Shown here: positions 1 to 9,731 of the stretch, piece by piece
Layout of the letters: each line of letters starts with the position of its first letter
How positions within the stretch are numbered: the first letter of the stretch is position 1
From: a virus
Lineage: Duplodnaviria; Caudoviricetes
Virus record (IMG/VR): IMGVR_UViG_2933088407_000001
Coordinates: 1-64,000 of that record
Length of the DNA: 64,000 nt
Reading direction: 5' to 3' (one strand)
Notes under the pieces: model-generated
What the model was told of the DNA's origin: nothing
The model's database searches: none
Seen by the model: only the letters and a program-made list of their open reading frames with translations
Position numbers and translations under genes: made by a program

Positions 1-1
1 G

Positions 2-352
2 GAAGCCGCCGACTCCCTAGGACTGACGCTGACCGCGTTCTCCGGGCGGCTCAAGAAGGCCCGCGGCCGGGTATTCGCGCTCTGGTACGAGCACGAGACA
101 CCACCCCGACGAAGACGACGCGACCAGCGGATCGTGAGCAAGTCCGGGGCCTGCCGAGGCCGCCGACTGCTCACCATGTCGGATCTGGAACGACTACGGG
201 GCATGCGCGCCGTAGGAGCCACCCTCCAGGCCCTTTCCGAGGAGACCGGCTACTCCGCAGGAGCCCTGTGCAACCTGCTCAACGGCAAACGGAAGCCCGC
301 ACCAGATCGCCCAGAGTCCCTCGGCTACAGCACTGCATCTGCCACTGGCTGA
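2..352 (+). CDS. 5'-truncated DNA-binding protein (sigma region-4-like HTH followed by a second HTH)
   Basis: Frame is open from base 2: EAADSLGLTLTAFSGRLKKARGR ... ATLQALSEETGYSAGALCNLLNGK. Confidence 0.55.
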   Translation, partial: EAADSLGLTLTAFSGRLKKARGRVFALWYEHETPPRRRRRDQRIVSKSGACRGRRLLTMSDLERLRGMRAVGATLQALSEETGYSAGALCNLLNGKRKPAPDRPESLGYSTASATG

Positions 353-364
353 CACACTGCCCAG

Positions 365-664
365 GTGCCACCCGAACCCGAGCCTGTTGAGGCCGTAGAA
401 ACCCCGCCCTGGAAACCAGCCGACGGCCCGCCGCCGGCCGTGCAGACCTGGCCCCGCACCACACGCCCGGCCCTCGTCATCCGCATCCGCGGCCAGTGGC
501 GATGCTGCCCCGTCATCGCGTTGCACCGTTACGAGGACGGCCGACGGGCGGTCCAGGTCGACGTGCACCTCGAGAGTGACACCAGCTACCAGGCCCGCAC
601 CTACCGCTGGGACCCGGCCGCGATGAGCGTCGTACACCGCGGCGACCCGCCTCTCGAGCTGTAG
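365..664 (+). CDS. hypothetical protein
   Basis: 99-aa ORF following the previous gene and ending before a hairpin. Confidence 0.6.
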   Translation: MPPEPEPVEAVETPPWKPADGPPPAVQTWPRTTRPALVIRIRGQWRCCPVIALHRYEDGRRAVQVDVHLESDTSYQARTYRWDPAAMSVVHRGDPPLEL

Positions 665-683
665 CCGGGCCGGCACACGAAAC

Positions 684-717
684 GAGCCCCACCACCCCGT
701 GAAGGGCAGTGGGGCTC
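684..717. terminator. hairpin between convergent genes
   Basis: GAGCCCCAC ... GTGGGGCTC inverted repeat. Confidence 0.6.
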
Positions 718-735
718 TCGAGACGGCACCCTTGG

Positions 736-1347
736 TCAGCGCGGCGGTAACTGGACCTCCGCCAGCCGGGCTAGGAGCAGCGCCCCGCACGGATCCGCCG
801 GCCCAACGTTGCGGCGCAGCAGCTCCAGCAGCCGGTCCGCGGGGAACACCGCAACCCCGCGCACCCGGAACCCGCCGCCGTCCACCGGGGCGTTGTGCAC
901 CACGATCAGCGGCGTTACGTGCACGCCACCAAGGGCCTTCGAAACCTGGTCCGTCTCCCACAGAGCGGTATCGACCTGCCGGTCCCGGTCGTGATCACCG
1001 TGCGTCAGCCGGCCACCGGCCAGCCGCACCCGGAACCCGAACCGGCCCGACCACAGCTTCGTGTCCAGCGTGAACACCTGCCCGTCCGGCCCGACGAGGA
1101 CGTGGTCGACGTTCGCTGAACGGCCCACGCGCCGGTCCGGCAGGATGTGCCAGCCCTCGCCGAGCAGCGGCTGGAGCATCGCGTGGGTGCGCTGCTCCCC
1201 GATCGAGCCGGCCTCGCAGCGCTCCCGGTGACGGCGCTTGCGGCCCATCTCCGGCGTCTCCACACCCACCGCCGCCACCAGGTGCTGCCACCAGCGCAGG
1301 CGCCCCTGCTCGCGGCCCCACGCGGCCGCAGAGGATCCCGCGGTCAC
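736..1347 (-). CDS. NERD-domain nuclease-like protein
   Basis: GE...GWHILPDRRV..ANVDHVLVGPDGQVFTLDTK pattern. Confidence 0.8.
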   Translation of the reverse strand: MTAGSSAAAWGREQGRLRWWQHLVAAVGVETPEMGRKRRHRERCEAGSIGEQRTHAMLQPLLGEGWHILPDRRVGRSANVDHVLVGPDGQVFTLDTKLWSGRFGFRVRLAGGRLTHGDHDRDRQVDTALWETDQVSKALGGVHVTPLIVVHNAPVDGGGFRVRGVAVFPADRLLELLRRNVGPADPCGALLLARLAEVQLPPR

Positions 1348-1811
1348 CGCTCACCCCCAGTGGCAACCACGCCCGCGGCCACGGCGATCCAGCCCTTGTG
1401 CCAGGCCTGGTCGATGCGGTAGCCGGCCTGCGGGTCCCTGGTGAGCCAGCCGCCCTTCCCGACGCGGTGCGCTGCGCGGACGAGACGCGTGGTGGGCTGC
1501 GTCTCGGGGTCTTCGGCCCAGCGTCCACCGGACCGGTCCGCGGCGTAGTGGGTGACGGCGGAGACCAGGAGCCCGGCGGTGGCGTAGCGCCAGTTGAGGC
1601 GCAGCCCCAGTCCACGGTCCGCGGCCGCCAGGGCGATGGCCTGGGTGAGGGTGTACGAGGCGACGTGCCGGGCGCACGCCACCCGCCCCTCGACACCGTG
1701 CTGGCCCTTGGCGACGGCGTCACGGTCCACCTGCACCAGATGGTCGGCAACCTCGTGAGCGGCGGTCAGTGCTGCGTACGCGGCGGAGAACTGTGCGGCA
1801 CGGGGGTTCAT
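1344..1811 (-). CDS. DUF3307-like membrane protein
   Basis: HEVADHLVQ..K, HVASY, THYAADR, DQAWH motifs; ATGA overlap with the upstream gene. Confidence 0.7.
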   Translation of the reverse strand: MNPRAAQFSAAYAALTAAHEVADHLVQVDRDAVAKGQHGVEGRVACARHVASYTLTQAIALAAADRGLGLRLNWRYATAGLLVSAVTHYAADRSGGRWAEDPETQPTTRLVRAAHRVGKGGWLTRDPQAGYRIDQAWHKGWIAVAAGVVATGGER

Positions 1812-2026
1812 CGGCGGGCCTCCTTGGATCGCCGCGCAACCTGCCACCGGGACCAGGCCGACGCAGTGGACCCTGCGGCCAGCAACACGATGACGTTGGC
1901 GAAGAAGAACGTCCACGGCGACACCTGCGACGAGCCGACGACGAGAACCCACACGACGGCGGCGATAGCGCCGACCACGGCTCCGATGCCGATCTCTTGC
2001 AGTATCTGCTTCCCGGTTTCGGGCAT
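1808..2026 (-). CDS. small two-TM membrane protein
   Basis: Two hydrophobic stretches and a basic tail; stop overlaps the next start. Confidence 0.55.
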   Translation of the reverse strand: MPETGKQILQEIGIGAVVGAIAAVVWVLVVGSSQVSPWTFFFANVIVLLAAGSTASAWSRWQVARRSKEARR

Positions 2027-2139
2027 GACGAGTAGACCCCTTTCAGGGCTGGTGTGACGGTGGGTTACGAATCCCGCTCAGATACTGGCGGGTACGGTTC
2101 TCCGGCCCGCGCTACAGGCCAAGTTCGATCAATTGACAG

Positions 2140-2649
2140 TCACGCAGAGCGGCCAATCGCTGGCCGCATGGCGGAACCCTGGACATCAGCGGCCGTCAGC
2201 ACGCCCTGCGCCATGGCCAGAGCTACCGCATGGCCTCGGTCTCGAGCCCCCAGACGGGCACGCAGCTGCCGAACCTGCTCGGCGACCGTGTACTCCGGAC
2301 GCCGCAGGACGGCAGCGATCTCTGAGTTGGTGCGGCCTGATGCGACCATGCGCAGCACCTGCATCTCCTGCGGCAACAGCCTTCGTGCCGGCGTCTTCAT
2401 CAAGTCGTCCAGGAGGCCCAGTTGGTGGGCACGGTGAATGCACTGGGCCGTGGTCCGCGCGTCCAGCGCCCTTCGAAGGCGGAGTACGTAGCCGCGGACG
2501 GTGACCTCGGAGACGCCGAGCTGGTCGGCTATCTCGGGGGTCTTGCTGCCTTCAGCGAGGAGGCGCAGGACGCGGAACTGGACTCGGGGAAGGAGGGGGC
2601 GGGGCCCGCCGCTGTTCGGCGACGAGCCCACCTCAACAGGAGCAGTCAC
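2140..2649 (-). CDS. tandem LuxR-type HTH regulator
   Basis: Two repeats of VLRLLAEG..EIA..L..SE.TV...LRR.L.AR; GTGA overlap at the start. Confidence 0.8.
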   Translation of the reverse strand: MTAPVEVGSSPNSGGPRPLLPRVQFRVLRLLAEGSKTPEIADQLGVSEVTVRGYVLRLRRALDARTTAQCIHRAHQLGLLDDLMKTPARRLLPQEMQVLRMVASGRTNSEIAAVLRRPEYTVAEQVRQLRARLGARDRGHAVALAMAQGVLTAADVQGSAMRPAIGRSA

Positions 2650-2984
2650 GCCGATTCCCCAGCAGCTTGCAACGCGGCCTCGAGCTCCCGAACTCGAGCG
2701 ACCAACCACGGCACGTCCTCGCGCGCCTGAGCGATGAACTCGGCGTCCGCCTCGATCTGCCGCTGATCGTCCTCCTCGGTCCAGTGCTCGTGCGACTGGT
2801 CATTGTCGATCGGGAACTCAATGGTCTGGGCGATCTGGCGGCGGCATCGATACCCGTGACCGGTCTCCCTCAGCCAGGCGGCGATGTCCAGGCGGCCAGT
2901 GCCGTCGTTGTAGAAGCCCCACGGCCCCTCGGTGGCGGCCTGGGCACGGCCGTCGATCGCATTGAGCCGGTCGGTGTCGGTCAT
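2646..2984 (-). CDS. phage hypothetical protein (Ea22-like)
   Basis: RLNAI..RAQAATEGPW ... DAEFIAQAREDVPWLVARVRELEA; AAGGAG RBS. Confidence 0.7.
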   Translation of the reverse strand: MTDTDRLNAIDGRAQAATEGPWGFYNDGTGRLDIAAWLRETGHGYRCRRQIAQTIEFPIDNDQSHEHWTEEDDQRQIEADAEFIAQAREDVPWLVARVRELEAALQAAGESA

Positions 2985-3117
2985 AGTGTTCTCCTTCATC
3001 GGGTTCGGGGGCGTCGGGTCCAGTGGTGGAGGCAGGCGCCTCGGGCGGTGCAGGCGGTGGTGCCGCGGTGGGCGGTGAAGCCGGCCCGACCGGACCGGCC
3101 ACACCACACGCAGGTGC

Positions 3118-3507
3118 TCACCCGGCAGCTGTTACGGCGACGGATTCGGTGGCGGCCTTGGCCTGCACGGCAAGGTCCTGCGCCTCGTCCATCCACTGCT
3201 CGATGTCTGCGCCAGCTGGGGCCGCAACACTGTGCTTGATCCACGAATAGACGCCCATCTGAGCGGAACCGTGGTCCACCAGATCCCCGTACCAGCCAGC
3301 GATAGCGTCGGCCTGCGCCGGGTCTACCTGCGCGAGGCTGTCCAGGAGGCGGGCGGCCAGGGCGGCGACGCCACCAGCTGTGGCCTGCCAGCCGAAGGCA
3401 GCCGGGTGCTGCGGCAGTGGGGAGGCGATGCTGCGCAGGTGCATCTGCGCGAGGTCGGTGACGAGTTCGGAGGCGAGGCTGGTCTCGCTTGCCAGGGTGT
3501 CGGTCAT
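3118..3507 (-). CDS. hypothetical protein
   Basis: GAAGGAG RBS upstream of MTDTLASE. Confidence 0.65.
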   Translation of the reverse strand: MTDTLASETSLASELVTDLAQMHLRSIASPLPQHPAAFGWQATAGGVAALAARLLDSLAQVDPAQADAIAGWYGDLVDHGSAQMGVYSWIKHSVAAPAGADIEQWMDEAQDLAVQAKAATESVAVTAAG

Positions 3508-3509
3508 GG

Positions 3510-3929
3510 TCAGTTCTCCTTCGGGTTGTGGCGGTTGCGGAGGGCGGTGGTGAACGGGAGCCGGCCGGACGGCCTGGCCTGAGCAGGGACGGTGACAGGC
3601 CCTGGCTTCGGGACGGGTGTGCGCGGCGCGTCTTGGGTCGGGGACCACATGCGGATCCACACGCCGCCCGTCCGCCACACCACCTCCAGCCCCACACTGG
3701 TGATGTCCAGGGCGGGCCGCTGGTCCCCCGGCTGGTCCAGGGCGATCGTCGCCTCCGTCGCGAAGGAGCGGAGGGTCTTCTCGTCGCCGATGCGGATCGT
3801 CAGCATCGGGGTGCCGTCGGGGGCGGTGCTCCGCGTCCAGATCGGCAGGACGGCGGGCAGGCCACGGTTGGTGATGTGCAGCGCCAGCACCTTTTCAGCG
3901 TGGAGCCGGGCGTCATTCACGAGGGTCAT
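3510..3929 (-). CDS. hypothetical protein
   Basis: GAAAGG RBS; operon packing. Confidence 0.6.
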   Translation of the reverse strand: MTLVNDARLHAEKVLALHITNRGLPAVLPIWTRSTAPDGTPMLTIRIGDEKTLRSFATEATIALDQPGDQRPALDITSVGLEVVWRTGGVWIRMWSPTQDAPRTPVPKPGPVTVPAQARPSGRLPFTTALRNRHNPKEN

Positions 3930-3954
3930 GGGCGGGCCTTTCTACGTGCAGAGG

Positions 3955-4362
3955 TCAGGCAGCGGTCTGGCGAGGGCGGGCGGTACGGGCACGGACACGG
4001 GGGTGAAGGGCATCGCGGCTGCTCGGGTCGATGCCGATGGCGAGGGCCAGGGCCCAGTAGTGGCCCTCTTGCTCCTCCTCAGTCCACCGGCCCGTCGGCG
4101 CCTTCCAGTCCTGCACGCTGCCGGTCGGTACGTCCTCCGCGGGGGCGGGGCAGGCGCGCAGTGCGGACACTGCGGCCTGCGTCTTGCGGGCCTTGTCGAC
4201 CCGGCGCTGGCAGGCCTGCCGGGCACTGCACACGTGCACCTCAGGGCCACCGAGACCGTCGGTGGGCACGGTGAGGAAGTACCGATCACCGATGCGTCCG
4301 CACTGGGCGCAGCTCTTGAGGTCGAGGTCGACAGTGGTGGCGTCCGGGAGGGTGACGAGCAT
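3955..4362 (-). CDS. hypothetical protein with Cys pairs
   Basis: AGGAG RBS; CAQC ... C-x5-C. Confidence 0.6.
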   Translation of the reverse strand: MLVTLPDATTVDLDLKSCAQCGRIGDRYFLTVPTDGLGGPEVHVCSARQACQRRVDKARKTQAAVSALRACPAPAEDVPTGSVQDWKAPTGRWTEEEQEGHYWALALAIGIDPSSRDALHPRVRARTARPRQTAA

Positions 4363-4464
4363 GCAGGTCTCCTGGCGGTGTCAGCGGGGCTGCAAAGAGA
4401 GGGCCGCCCCTCGCTGGGGGCTTGGGGCGGCCGTGGAGCCCCGGGGCGGGCTCCGGACTGTGGG

Positions 4465-4704
4465 TCAGGCGGCCTGCGCGAGGCGCTGCGTGGCGCCGTG
4501 CGGTACGGCGGGGAGGTTCTGGACGCGGTAGTCGCCGACGTAGAAGCGGTAGCCGTTGATGCCGTCGTGGCCTGCGGCGTGCACGGGCGTTACGTCGTAG
4601 CGGAGGTGGTTCTCCAGTGCCGGCGCGTTGGCGTCGGGGACGTTGAGGTGGATGGTGCCGGGGACGGTGGCGCCGTAGGGGTCGATGAGTCGGAGCTCGC
4701 GCAT
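4465..4704 (-). CDS. hypothetical protein
   Basis: GGAGG RBS; first gene downstream of the promoter/operator at 4767. Confidence 0.65.
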   Translation of the reverse strand: MRELRLIDPYGATVPGTIHLNVPDANAPALENHLRYDVTPVHAAGHDGINGYRFYVGDYRVQNLPAVPHGATQRLAQAA

Positions 4705-4753
4705 GGCGGCCACCTCCACTTGTTGAGCTGGGCCCGTGTGGTCTGACTCTTAG

Positions 4754-4786
4754 AGCATCCCACCTTTCTGTTGTGATCGCAACAGA
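4754..4786 (-). promoter_or_regulatory. promoter with palindromic operator (copy 1)
   Basis: TCTGTTGTGATCGCAACAGA at 4767-4786; minus strand reads TTGCGA-17-GATGCT. Confidence 0.65.
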
Positions 4787-4856
4787 GAAGGCGGAGGGGG
4801 TGGCAACACAAAGGCCCGACCCCACACGGGGCCGGGCCTACCTGCACGAACTCCGC

Positions 4857-5354
4857 TCAGAACGGCACCTCGTCCGAGTACCCGCCCGACGCAGCCGGCG
4901 CCGACGACGCCCACGGATCCTCCACAGACGCCGCACCATGAGCCTGCCGCGCCCGCTGAACCTCCTGCCGGCCCTGACCCGAACCGCCGGACTTCGTCAC
5001 CTTCGCCGTGGCCAGCTTCAAGCTGGGCCCGAAGTCCTCCACATCAAGGTCGAACACCGTGCGCTTCACGCCCTGGTTGTCCTCATACGACCGCTGCTTC
5101 AGCCTGCCCTGCACGATGACCCGCATCCCCTTCGACAGACTCTCCGCAGCATGCTCAGCAGCCTGCCGCCACACCGAGCACGACAGGAACAGCGAACCGT
5201 CCCGGTCGTCCTCCCACGTGTTCGTATCCCGGTTGAACTTCCTCGGGGTCGACGCCACCCTGAACTTGGCAACCGCCACGCCCGCCGGAGTAAACCTCAA
5301 CTCAACTTCGTCGACCAGGTTGCCCACGATCGTGATCACGGTTTCGCCGCTCAT
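4857..5354 (-). CDS. ssb: single-stranded DNA-binding protein
   Basis: [27 protein letters not shown]; C-terminal DEVPF. Confidence 0.97.
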   Translation of the reverse strand: MSGETVITIVGNLVDEVELRFTPAGVAVAKFRVASTPRKFNRDTNTWEDDRDGSLFLSCSVWRQAAEHAAESLSKGMRVIVQGRLKQRSYEDNQGVKRTVFDLDVEDFGPSLKLATAKVTKSGGSGQGRQEVQRARQAHGAASVEDPWASSAPAASGGYSDEVPF

Positions 5355-5396
5355 GCTGCTCTTCTCTCTACTTGATCGATCGAATGGTTGAACTGC

Positions 5397-6482
5397 TCAG
5401 CTGGCCTTGACGAACCCGGCCTGCCCGTTGTGCCACAACGTCCGCGACGCCAAGCACGGCTGCTTCGACACCCGCTTCGGACGGATCGGCCCACCGAACC
5501 TCTTGTACGTCTCACCCGCAGCCACATCCGTGACGACCTTCCGGTTCACCCCAAGCTCCATCGCCTGCTCAAGGTCCGTCACGCCCTCCACGGCCCTCTC
5601 CCGGATACGCACCACCTGCGCCTCCGTCAGAATCGCCTGGTCCCGCTGAAACTCCCGAGGCACGGGCTCACCGCGCGACTCCAGCTCACTGCGGTAGCGA
5701 GCCACGAACCGGTACGTCGTCCCGTACGACTGACTCAACTCCCGGTCGATGTCCTTCCAGGTCAAGCCGCCCTGACAGAACCCGGTGATCTGCTCGGCCC
5801 TCTCTTCCTTCGAAAGCCGGCTGTGGACCTTCAGCGGCTGGTCGGGATCGTCACCCAAATACTTCTTGATGGCGTCAGACGCGGTCCGGGCCGAGACGCC
5901 CAACCGAGCGGCAACCTCCGCCAGCGACACACCCTCATACCGCCACTCCAGCACCTCTTCCATCCGCGCCAGCACCCGCTCGCCCTTGTTCCGCGGCTTC
6001 ACCTCAGCCACCGGAGCCGGCGCGGGCTCCACTTCAGTCACGGGCAGCAACTTCACCGCCAGGCGCAGCGTCATCCCCTCCACGCCCCCCCGCTCGGCGA
6101 GGTCCTTCACCGTCCGACCGGACACCGTCGACTCGAGGGCGAGCAGCCTGGCTTCCTCGGCGTCGAATTCCCCGTGCAGACGCACCTGCCGGTTCAACCA
6201 GTCACGCTGACGCCCTGTGAGGCCAGCACGAACGTTGCTGCGGCCGATGTCGGCCCCCCCTTCGGTGGCCCGCGCATCCCCCAAGCACTCGGCGAAGACC
6301 GGGCACTCCATGCACACCTCCCGAGCCTTCTCCTGGAGCTCCTTCGGGGCGTCGTCGTCCCACCACTGGGTGGGCCGGTTGTAGCAGGCGGAGCGGTCCT
6401 CCCAAGACGAGCGAAGGGTTTCTGCGCGTCCGGTGGCGCGGCGTGTCTCGTGGGGCGGCGTGTGCGGGGCGACGGTGGTCAT
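5397..6482 (-). CDS. WhiB-family Fe-S protein fused to several HTH modules
   Basis: W...SAC ... AREVCMECPVFAEC ... VRAGLTGRQR, then HTH-like segments such as VSLAEVAARLGVSARTA. Confidence 0.8.
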   Translation of the reverse strand: MTTVAPHTPPHETRRATGRAETLRSSWEDRSACYNRPTQWWDDDAPKELQEKAREVCMECPVFAECLGDARATEGGADIGRSNVRAGLTGRQRDWLNRQVRLHGEFDAEEARLLALESTVSGRTVKDLAERGGVEGMTLRLAVKLLPVTEVEPAPAPVAEVKPRNKGERVLARMEEVLEWRYEGVSLAEVAARLGVSARTASDAIKKYLGDDPDQPLKVHSRLSKEERAEQITGFCQGGLTWKDIDRELSQSYGTTYRFVARYRSELESRGEPVPREFQRDQAILTEAQVVRIRERAVEGVTDLEQAMELGVNRKVVTDVAAGETYKRFGGPIRPKRVSKQPCLASRTLWHNGQAGFVKAS

Positions 6483-7021
6483 TGCGGGGCTCCGTTCAGG
6501 GTGTAGAGGCGGATGAGGGCGCCGGGGGCGGAGAGGGCTTCGGGGTGTTCGCCGGGGTAGACCTTGCGGACGGCGAGTTCGGTGATCTGCGAGTCGTCGC
6601 GGATGACGCCGGATTCGGAGAGGGAGTCGAGGCAGGCGCGGGCGTGGTGGTCGATGTCTGAGCTGGCGCGGGTGATGGGCCAGGACTGCCGGCGCTTGGG
6701 GGCGGTCTTGGGTTTGGGGACGGTGATGGTGATGTCGACTGCGGTGGGGATGTTGGCGTAGAGACCGTGGTCGGGCTTGGGGATACGGCAGGTGAGGCAG
6801 ATGCCGCCCCAGTCGGTGTAGCCGTGGCAGCCGGTGGTGTCGCGGGTGGCGAGGATGATGGCTCGGCGCCAGGGCTTGAGCTTCTTTTCGTTGGTGTGGC
6901 GGGCTCCGCGGCCTTTGCCGTTGAAGCTGATGGCGCCTTGGCCGGCGGGTTCGCCGTGGATGACGATGGCTGCGCGGTGTTCCCAGGTGAGGGAGACGGG
7001 TTCGGGGGCGAGGGCGGTCAC
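6479..7021 (-). CDS. rusA: RusA-family Holliday junction resolvase
   Basis: GEPAGQG; DIDHHARACLDSL; IRDDSQI..L.VRK. Confidence 0.85.
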   Translation of the reverse strand: MTALAPEPVSLTWEHRAAIVIHGEPAGQGAISFNGKGRGARHTNEKKLKPWRRAIILATRDTTGCHGYTDWGGICLTCRIPKPDHGLYANIPTAVDITITVPKPKTAPKRRQSWPITRASSDIDHHARACLDSLSESGVIRDDSQITELAVRKVYPGEHPEALSAPGALIRLYTLNGAPQ

Positions 7022-7413
7022 CGGTTGGCCTCCAGCTGGGCGCGTGCGGCGTTGAGGGCGTCGTCCGTGGGGGTCCAGAAGCCGAGGCGGCCCTTGGCGG
7101 GGATGGGCTCGGGCAGGGCGCGGACGTCGTCGAGGGTCCAGTGGTAGGTGCCTTGGAAGGCCCACTCGGAGCAGCAGGGGTCGTTGCCGGTGTCGTAGTG
7201 GTAGCCGGTGATGCGGGCGACGGCGATGAAGGCTCCGTAGACGTCGAGGTTCGGGCCGTGGACGGTGGCGCTCTTGTCGGGCTCAGCGCCGGCGTGGATG
7301 AGGATGCGGGCCCCGCGGTACTTGTCGGGGAGCTTCCAGGTGCGGTTTTCGACGCGCTTCGACTGGTGGGCGATTGCGCCACTCCATGGCTGGCGGATGG
7401 TGAGGGCCTTCAT
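7018..7413 (-). CDS. ASCH-domain protein
   Basis: MKALTIRQPW..I...KRVENRTW ... ILIHAG ... PIPAKGRLGFW. Confidence 0.88.
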   Translation of the reverse strand: MKALTIRQPWSGAIAHQSKRVENRTWKLPDKYRGARILIHAGAEPDKSATVHGPNLDVYGAFIAVARITGYHYDTGNDPCCSEWAFQGTYHWTLDDVRALPEPIPAKGRLGFWTPTDDALNAARAQLEANR

Positions 7414-7643
7414 GTGGTGCGCTCCTGGATGTATTGGTGGAGTGGTACGGGGCCGTTGCGGGTGCGGCGGGTGTAGGTGGCTTGGCCGGGCGGGTTGCCG
7501 AGGTGGTGGCAGCCGCAGTAGCGGCAGGGGTAGACGCGGAGTGCGGGGCCGCCTCGGCGGCGTATGCCGTTGGCTTCGCGTTTGGCTGCGGCTCGGGTGA
7601 GCCACCAGCGTTTGCCGGTGCAGGAGACGTCGCGCTCGTTCAT
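7410..7643 (-). CDS. small zinc-binding phage protein
   Basis: CTGKR..TRAAAK ... YPCRYCGCHHL. Confidence 0.65.
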   Translation of the reverse strand: MNERDVSCTGKRWWLTRAAAKREANGIRRRGGPALRVYPCRYCGCHHLGNPPGQATYTRRTRNGPVPLHQYIQERTT

Positions 7644-7813
7644 CGGGCGGGCTCCTTGGTCGGTTCGGGGAGGCCGAGGGTTTGGGCGCAGGCGATGCGG
7701 GCGTCGCGGTCGTAGGCGGGGTTGTGGATGAAGCTGACGATGAGGGCTGCCCATGTGCGGAGGCGGGCGAGTTCGTCCTCGGCCGCGCGGAGGAGCGCGG
7801 TGTGGTCAGTCAC
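7640..7813 (-). CDS. small hypothetical protein (57 aa, not in the ORF track)
   Basis: VTDHTALLRAAEDELARLRTW...; overlaps both neighbours in operon fashion. Confidence 0.55.
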   Translation of the reverse strand: MTDHTALLRAAEDELARLRTWAALIVSFIHNPAYDRDARIACAQTLGLPEPTKEPAR

Positions 7814-8153
7814 CGCGGGCTGCCAGGGCGTGCGCGGCGGGCCCGTCGGGGCGGAGGAGGCAGGTGCCGTCGGCGTCGTGGATGGCGTCGAAGACGGCGT
7901 AGATGAACGTGTTGACGTCGGTGCGCAGCTGCTCGGCGGTCTGCGTCCAGTCGGTGATCTCGCCGAGGGCCTTGGCGGCGTTGTAGGGGTGCTGGTTGTA
8001 GTGGAAGTCGGCGAGGACGTAGCCGGTGTGGTGGGCGAGTCGCCAGGTGGCGCCGTTTCGGTAGACGTAGAGGCCGTCGGTGTCGGTGGGGTACGCCTGG
8101 ACCGGAATGGGGCCGGCGCTGGTCTGGAGGGTGAGCGTTCGGGTGTCGGTCAT
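7806..8153 (-). CDS. hypothetical protein
   Basis: AGGAG RBS upstream of MTDTRTL. Confidence 0.65.
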   Translation of the reverse strand: MTDTRTLTLQTSAGPIPVQAYPTDTDGLYVYRNGATWRLAHHTGYVLADFHYNQHPYNAAKALGEITDWTQTAEQLRTDVNTFIYAVFDAIHDADGTCLLRPDGPAAHALAARGD

Positions 8154-8217
8154 GCGCTGCTCCTGGTGGTCGGGGCGGGTGCCGGCGGTGTGGGCCGCCC
8201 GGCGGGTGGGGCTCGGG

Positions 8218-8433
8218 TCACGCGGTCTGGGTCTCGTCGGGATGCGGGATGCCGGGGAGCTGGACGCAGGTGTCAACGTCGGCGTCGAGGCAGTGACGCA
8301 GTTCCGCGAGGCGGCCGTCGTTGACGCTGAGGCGCTGCTGGATGCGGTCGAACTCGTAGGCCATGGCGAGTTCGGGGGTCATGGCGGTGTCGGTGGTGGG
8401 CTTCTTCGGGGTGGTGGCGGCCATGTCAGTCAT
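8218..8433 (-). CDS. hypothetical protein
   Basis: GGAG RBS; 71 aa. Confidence 0.55.
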   Translation of the reverse strand: MTDMAATTPKKPTTDTAMTPELAMAYEFDRIQQRLSVNDGRLAELRHCLDADVDTCVQLPGIPHPDETQTA

Positions 8434-8472
8434 CTCCGTTGATCACTGAGGGTGGGTGTGGTGGTGCGGGGT

Positions 8473-8781
8473 TCAGCTGGCGGGCTGGTACAGGTCGTTG
8501 GCCGCGGTGTAGGCGAGGTCGGCGGAGAGCCACTCGGCGGCGTAGGCGTCCTCGATGTAGGCCTGGTAGCCGCGGCAGTAGGCGGCGGTGTACTTGCTGG
8601 CGCCGGCCTGGGTGGTGCCGCTGATGCGGGGGTCGCGGTAGCACTCCAGCCGGTGTTCGAGCTCGGGGAGGGTGGTGCGCTCTGTGTGGTGCTCGTCGTT
8701 GGCGTCGCCGCGTCCGAGGTGCTCGTCGAGGATCTGGTCGGGGGTGGTGGGCTTGGGGAGGGTGAAGGCGAAGTTCTCCAT
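8473..8781 (-). CDS. hypothetical protein
   Basis: AGGAG RBS; high GC3. Confidence 0.65.
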   Translation of the reverse strand: MENFAFTLPKPTTPDQILDEHLGRGDANDEHHTERTTLPELEHRLECYRDPRISGTTQAGASKYTAAYCRGYQAYIEDAYAAEWLSADLAYTAANDLYQPAS

Positions 8782-8801
8782 GGCGGGTGCTCCTGCGGGT
8801 G

Positions 8802-9245
8802 TCAGGCGGCGAGGGCGCGCGGGGCGTCGAGGGTGTCGGCGGTGCGGAGGATGCGGCCGATGACCTCGGCCTCGGTGGGCGGCTGCTCGTCAGAGAACTG
8901 GGGGGTGCTGGCCCAGCGGGAAACGTGCTGCACGTACTCGGCGACCGTGTGGTCATCCGTGATCTGGATGAAGGGCGGTTCGGTGTCGAGGGCGTTGGAG
9001 AGGACGCGGATGGCCTGCATGGTGGGGGCGCTGCACTCGATGAGGCGGAGGGAGGCGTCTTCGTCCCTCTGGAACACGCTGGGGCCCTTGCCTTCGGCGG
9101 CGATGTAGATGGCGGCGCAGACGTCCAGCGGGGCGTGGAGGGAGCTGAAGCTCTCGCTCAGGCCTGCGAATTGGGGGCCGGTGTGGAGGCCGTAGGTCCC
9201 GATGAGGCGGGCGGCTTGCTGAAGGATGCGGGCGGTTTCGGACAT
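8802..9245 (-). CDS. DUF6197-like protein
   Basis: ILQQAARLI..YG ... DVCAAI ... W...P ... EVIGRILRTAD. Confidence 0.6.
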   Translation of the reverse strand: MSETARILQQAARLIGTYGLHTGPQFAGLSESFSSLHAPLDVCAAIYIAAEGKGPSVFQRDEDASLRLIECSAPTMQAIRVLSNALDTEPPFIQITDDHTVAEYVQHVSRWASTPQFSDEQPPTEAEVIGRILRTADTLDAPRALAA

Positions 9246-9368
9246 GGCGGGTCTCCGTTCGTGCAGGTGGTGGTCCGGCCCGGCCGGGGGAGCTACTGCC
9301 GGCGGGTGTCTGGGTGGGGGCCGCGGGGTGTTCGACCGGGGCCGGGCCGGACGTTGGGGGCGTGGGAC

Positions 9369-9731
9369 TCAGTCGCCGTAGTGGCGGTGGTCCTTGACGC
9401 AGGCGGGGCACTGGGGGCGCTGGACGTTCCCGTCGAGGTACTCGGCGCAGGCCTTGAACGCGGTGATGCGGTCGCAGGCGTCCGGGCAGTCGATGCAAGA
9501 GCACTGGACGAGGATGTCGCCGGCGGGGAGGTCGATGCCGAGGAACTGGGCGGCGGTGGCGTGGGCCAGGACGAGCTCGGCCGCGACGTTGGCGCCGGCG
9601 TGGGCGGCCTGCTCCAGGTCGTAGGTCAGCTCTTCGACGGTGTTCCAGCCGGTCTGCTGGATGGGGGTGAGGTCTCGGTGGGAGATGGCGGTGCGGTGGG
9701 TGCGCACGGGCCTGTCCAGGGTGATGCTCAT
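9369..9731 (-). CDS. Cys-rich hypothetical protein
   Basis: AGGAG RBS; CSCIDC..C ... CPAC. Confidence 0.65.
   Translation of the reverse strand: MSITLDRPVRTHRTAISHRDLTPIQQTGWNTVEELTYDLEQAAHAGANVAAELVLAHATAAQFLGIDLPAGDILVQCSCIDCPDACDRITAFKACAEYLDGNVQRPQCPACVKDHRHYGD

Noticed and set aside
5397-7382. 661-aa version of the WhiB gene and similar long N-terminal extensions in the ORF track
   Set aside because: The extensions overlap rusA/ASCH or other genes; coupled downstream starts fit better
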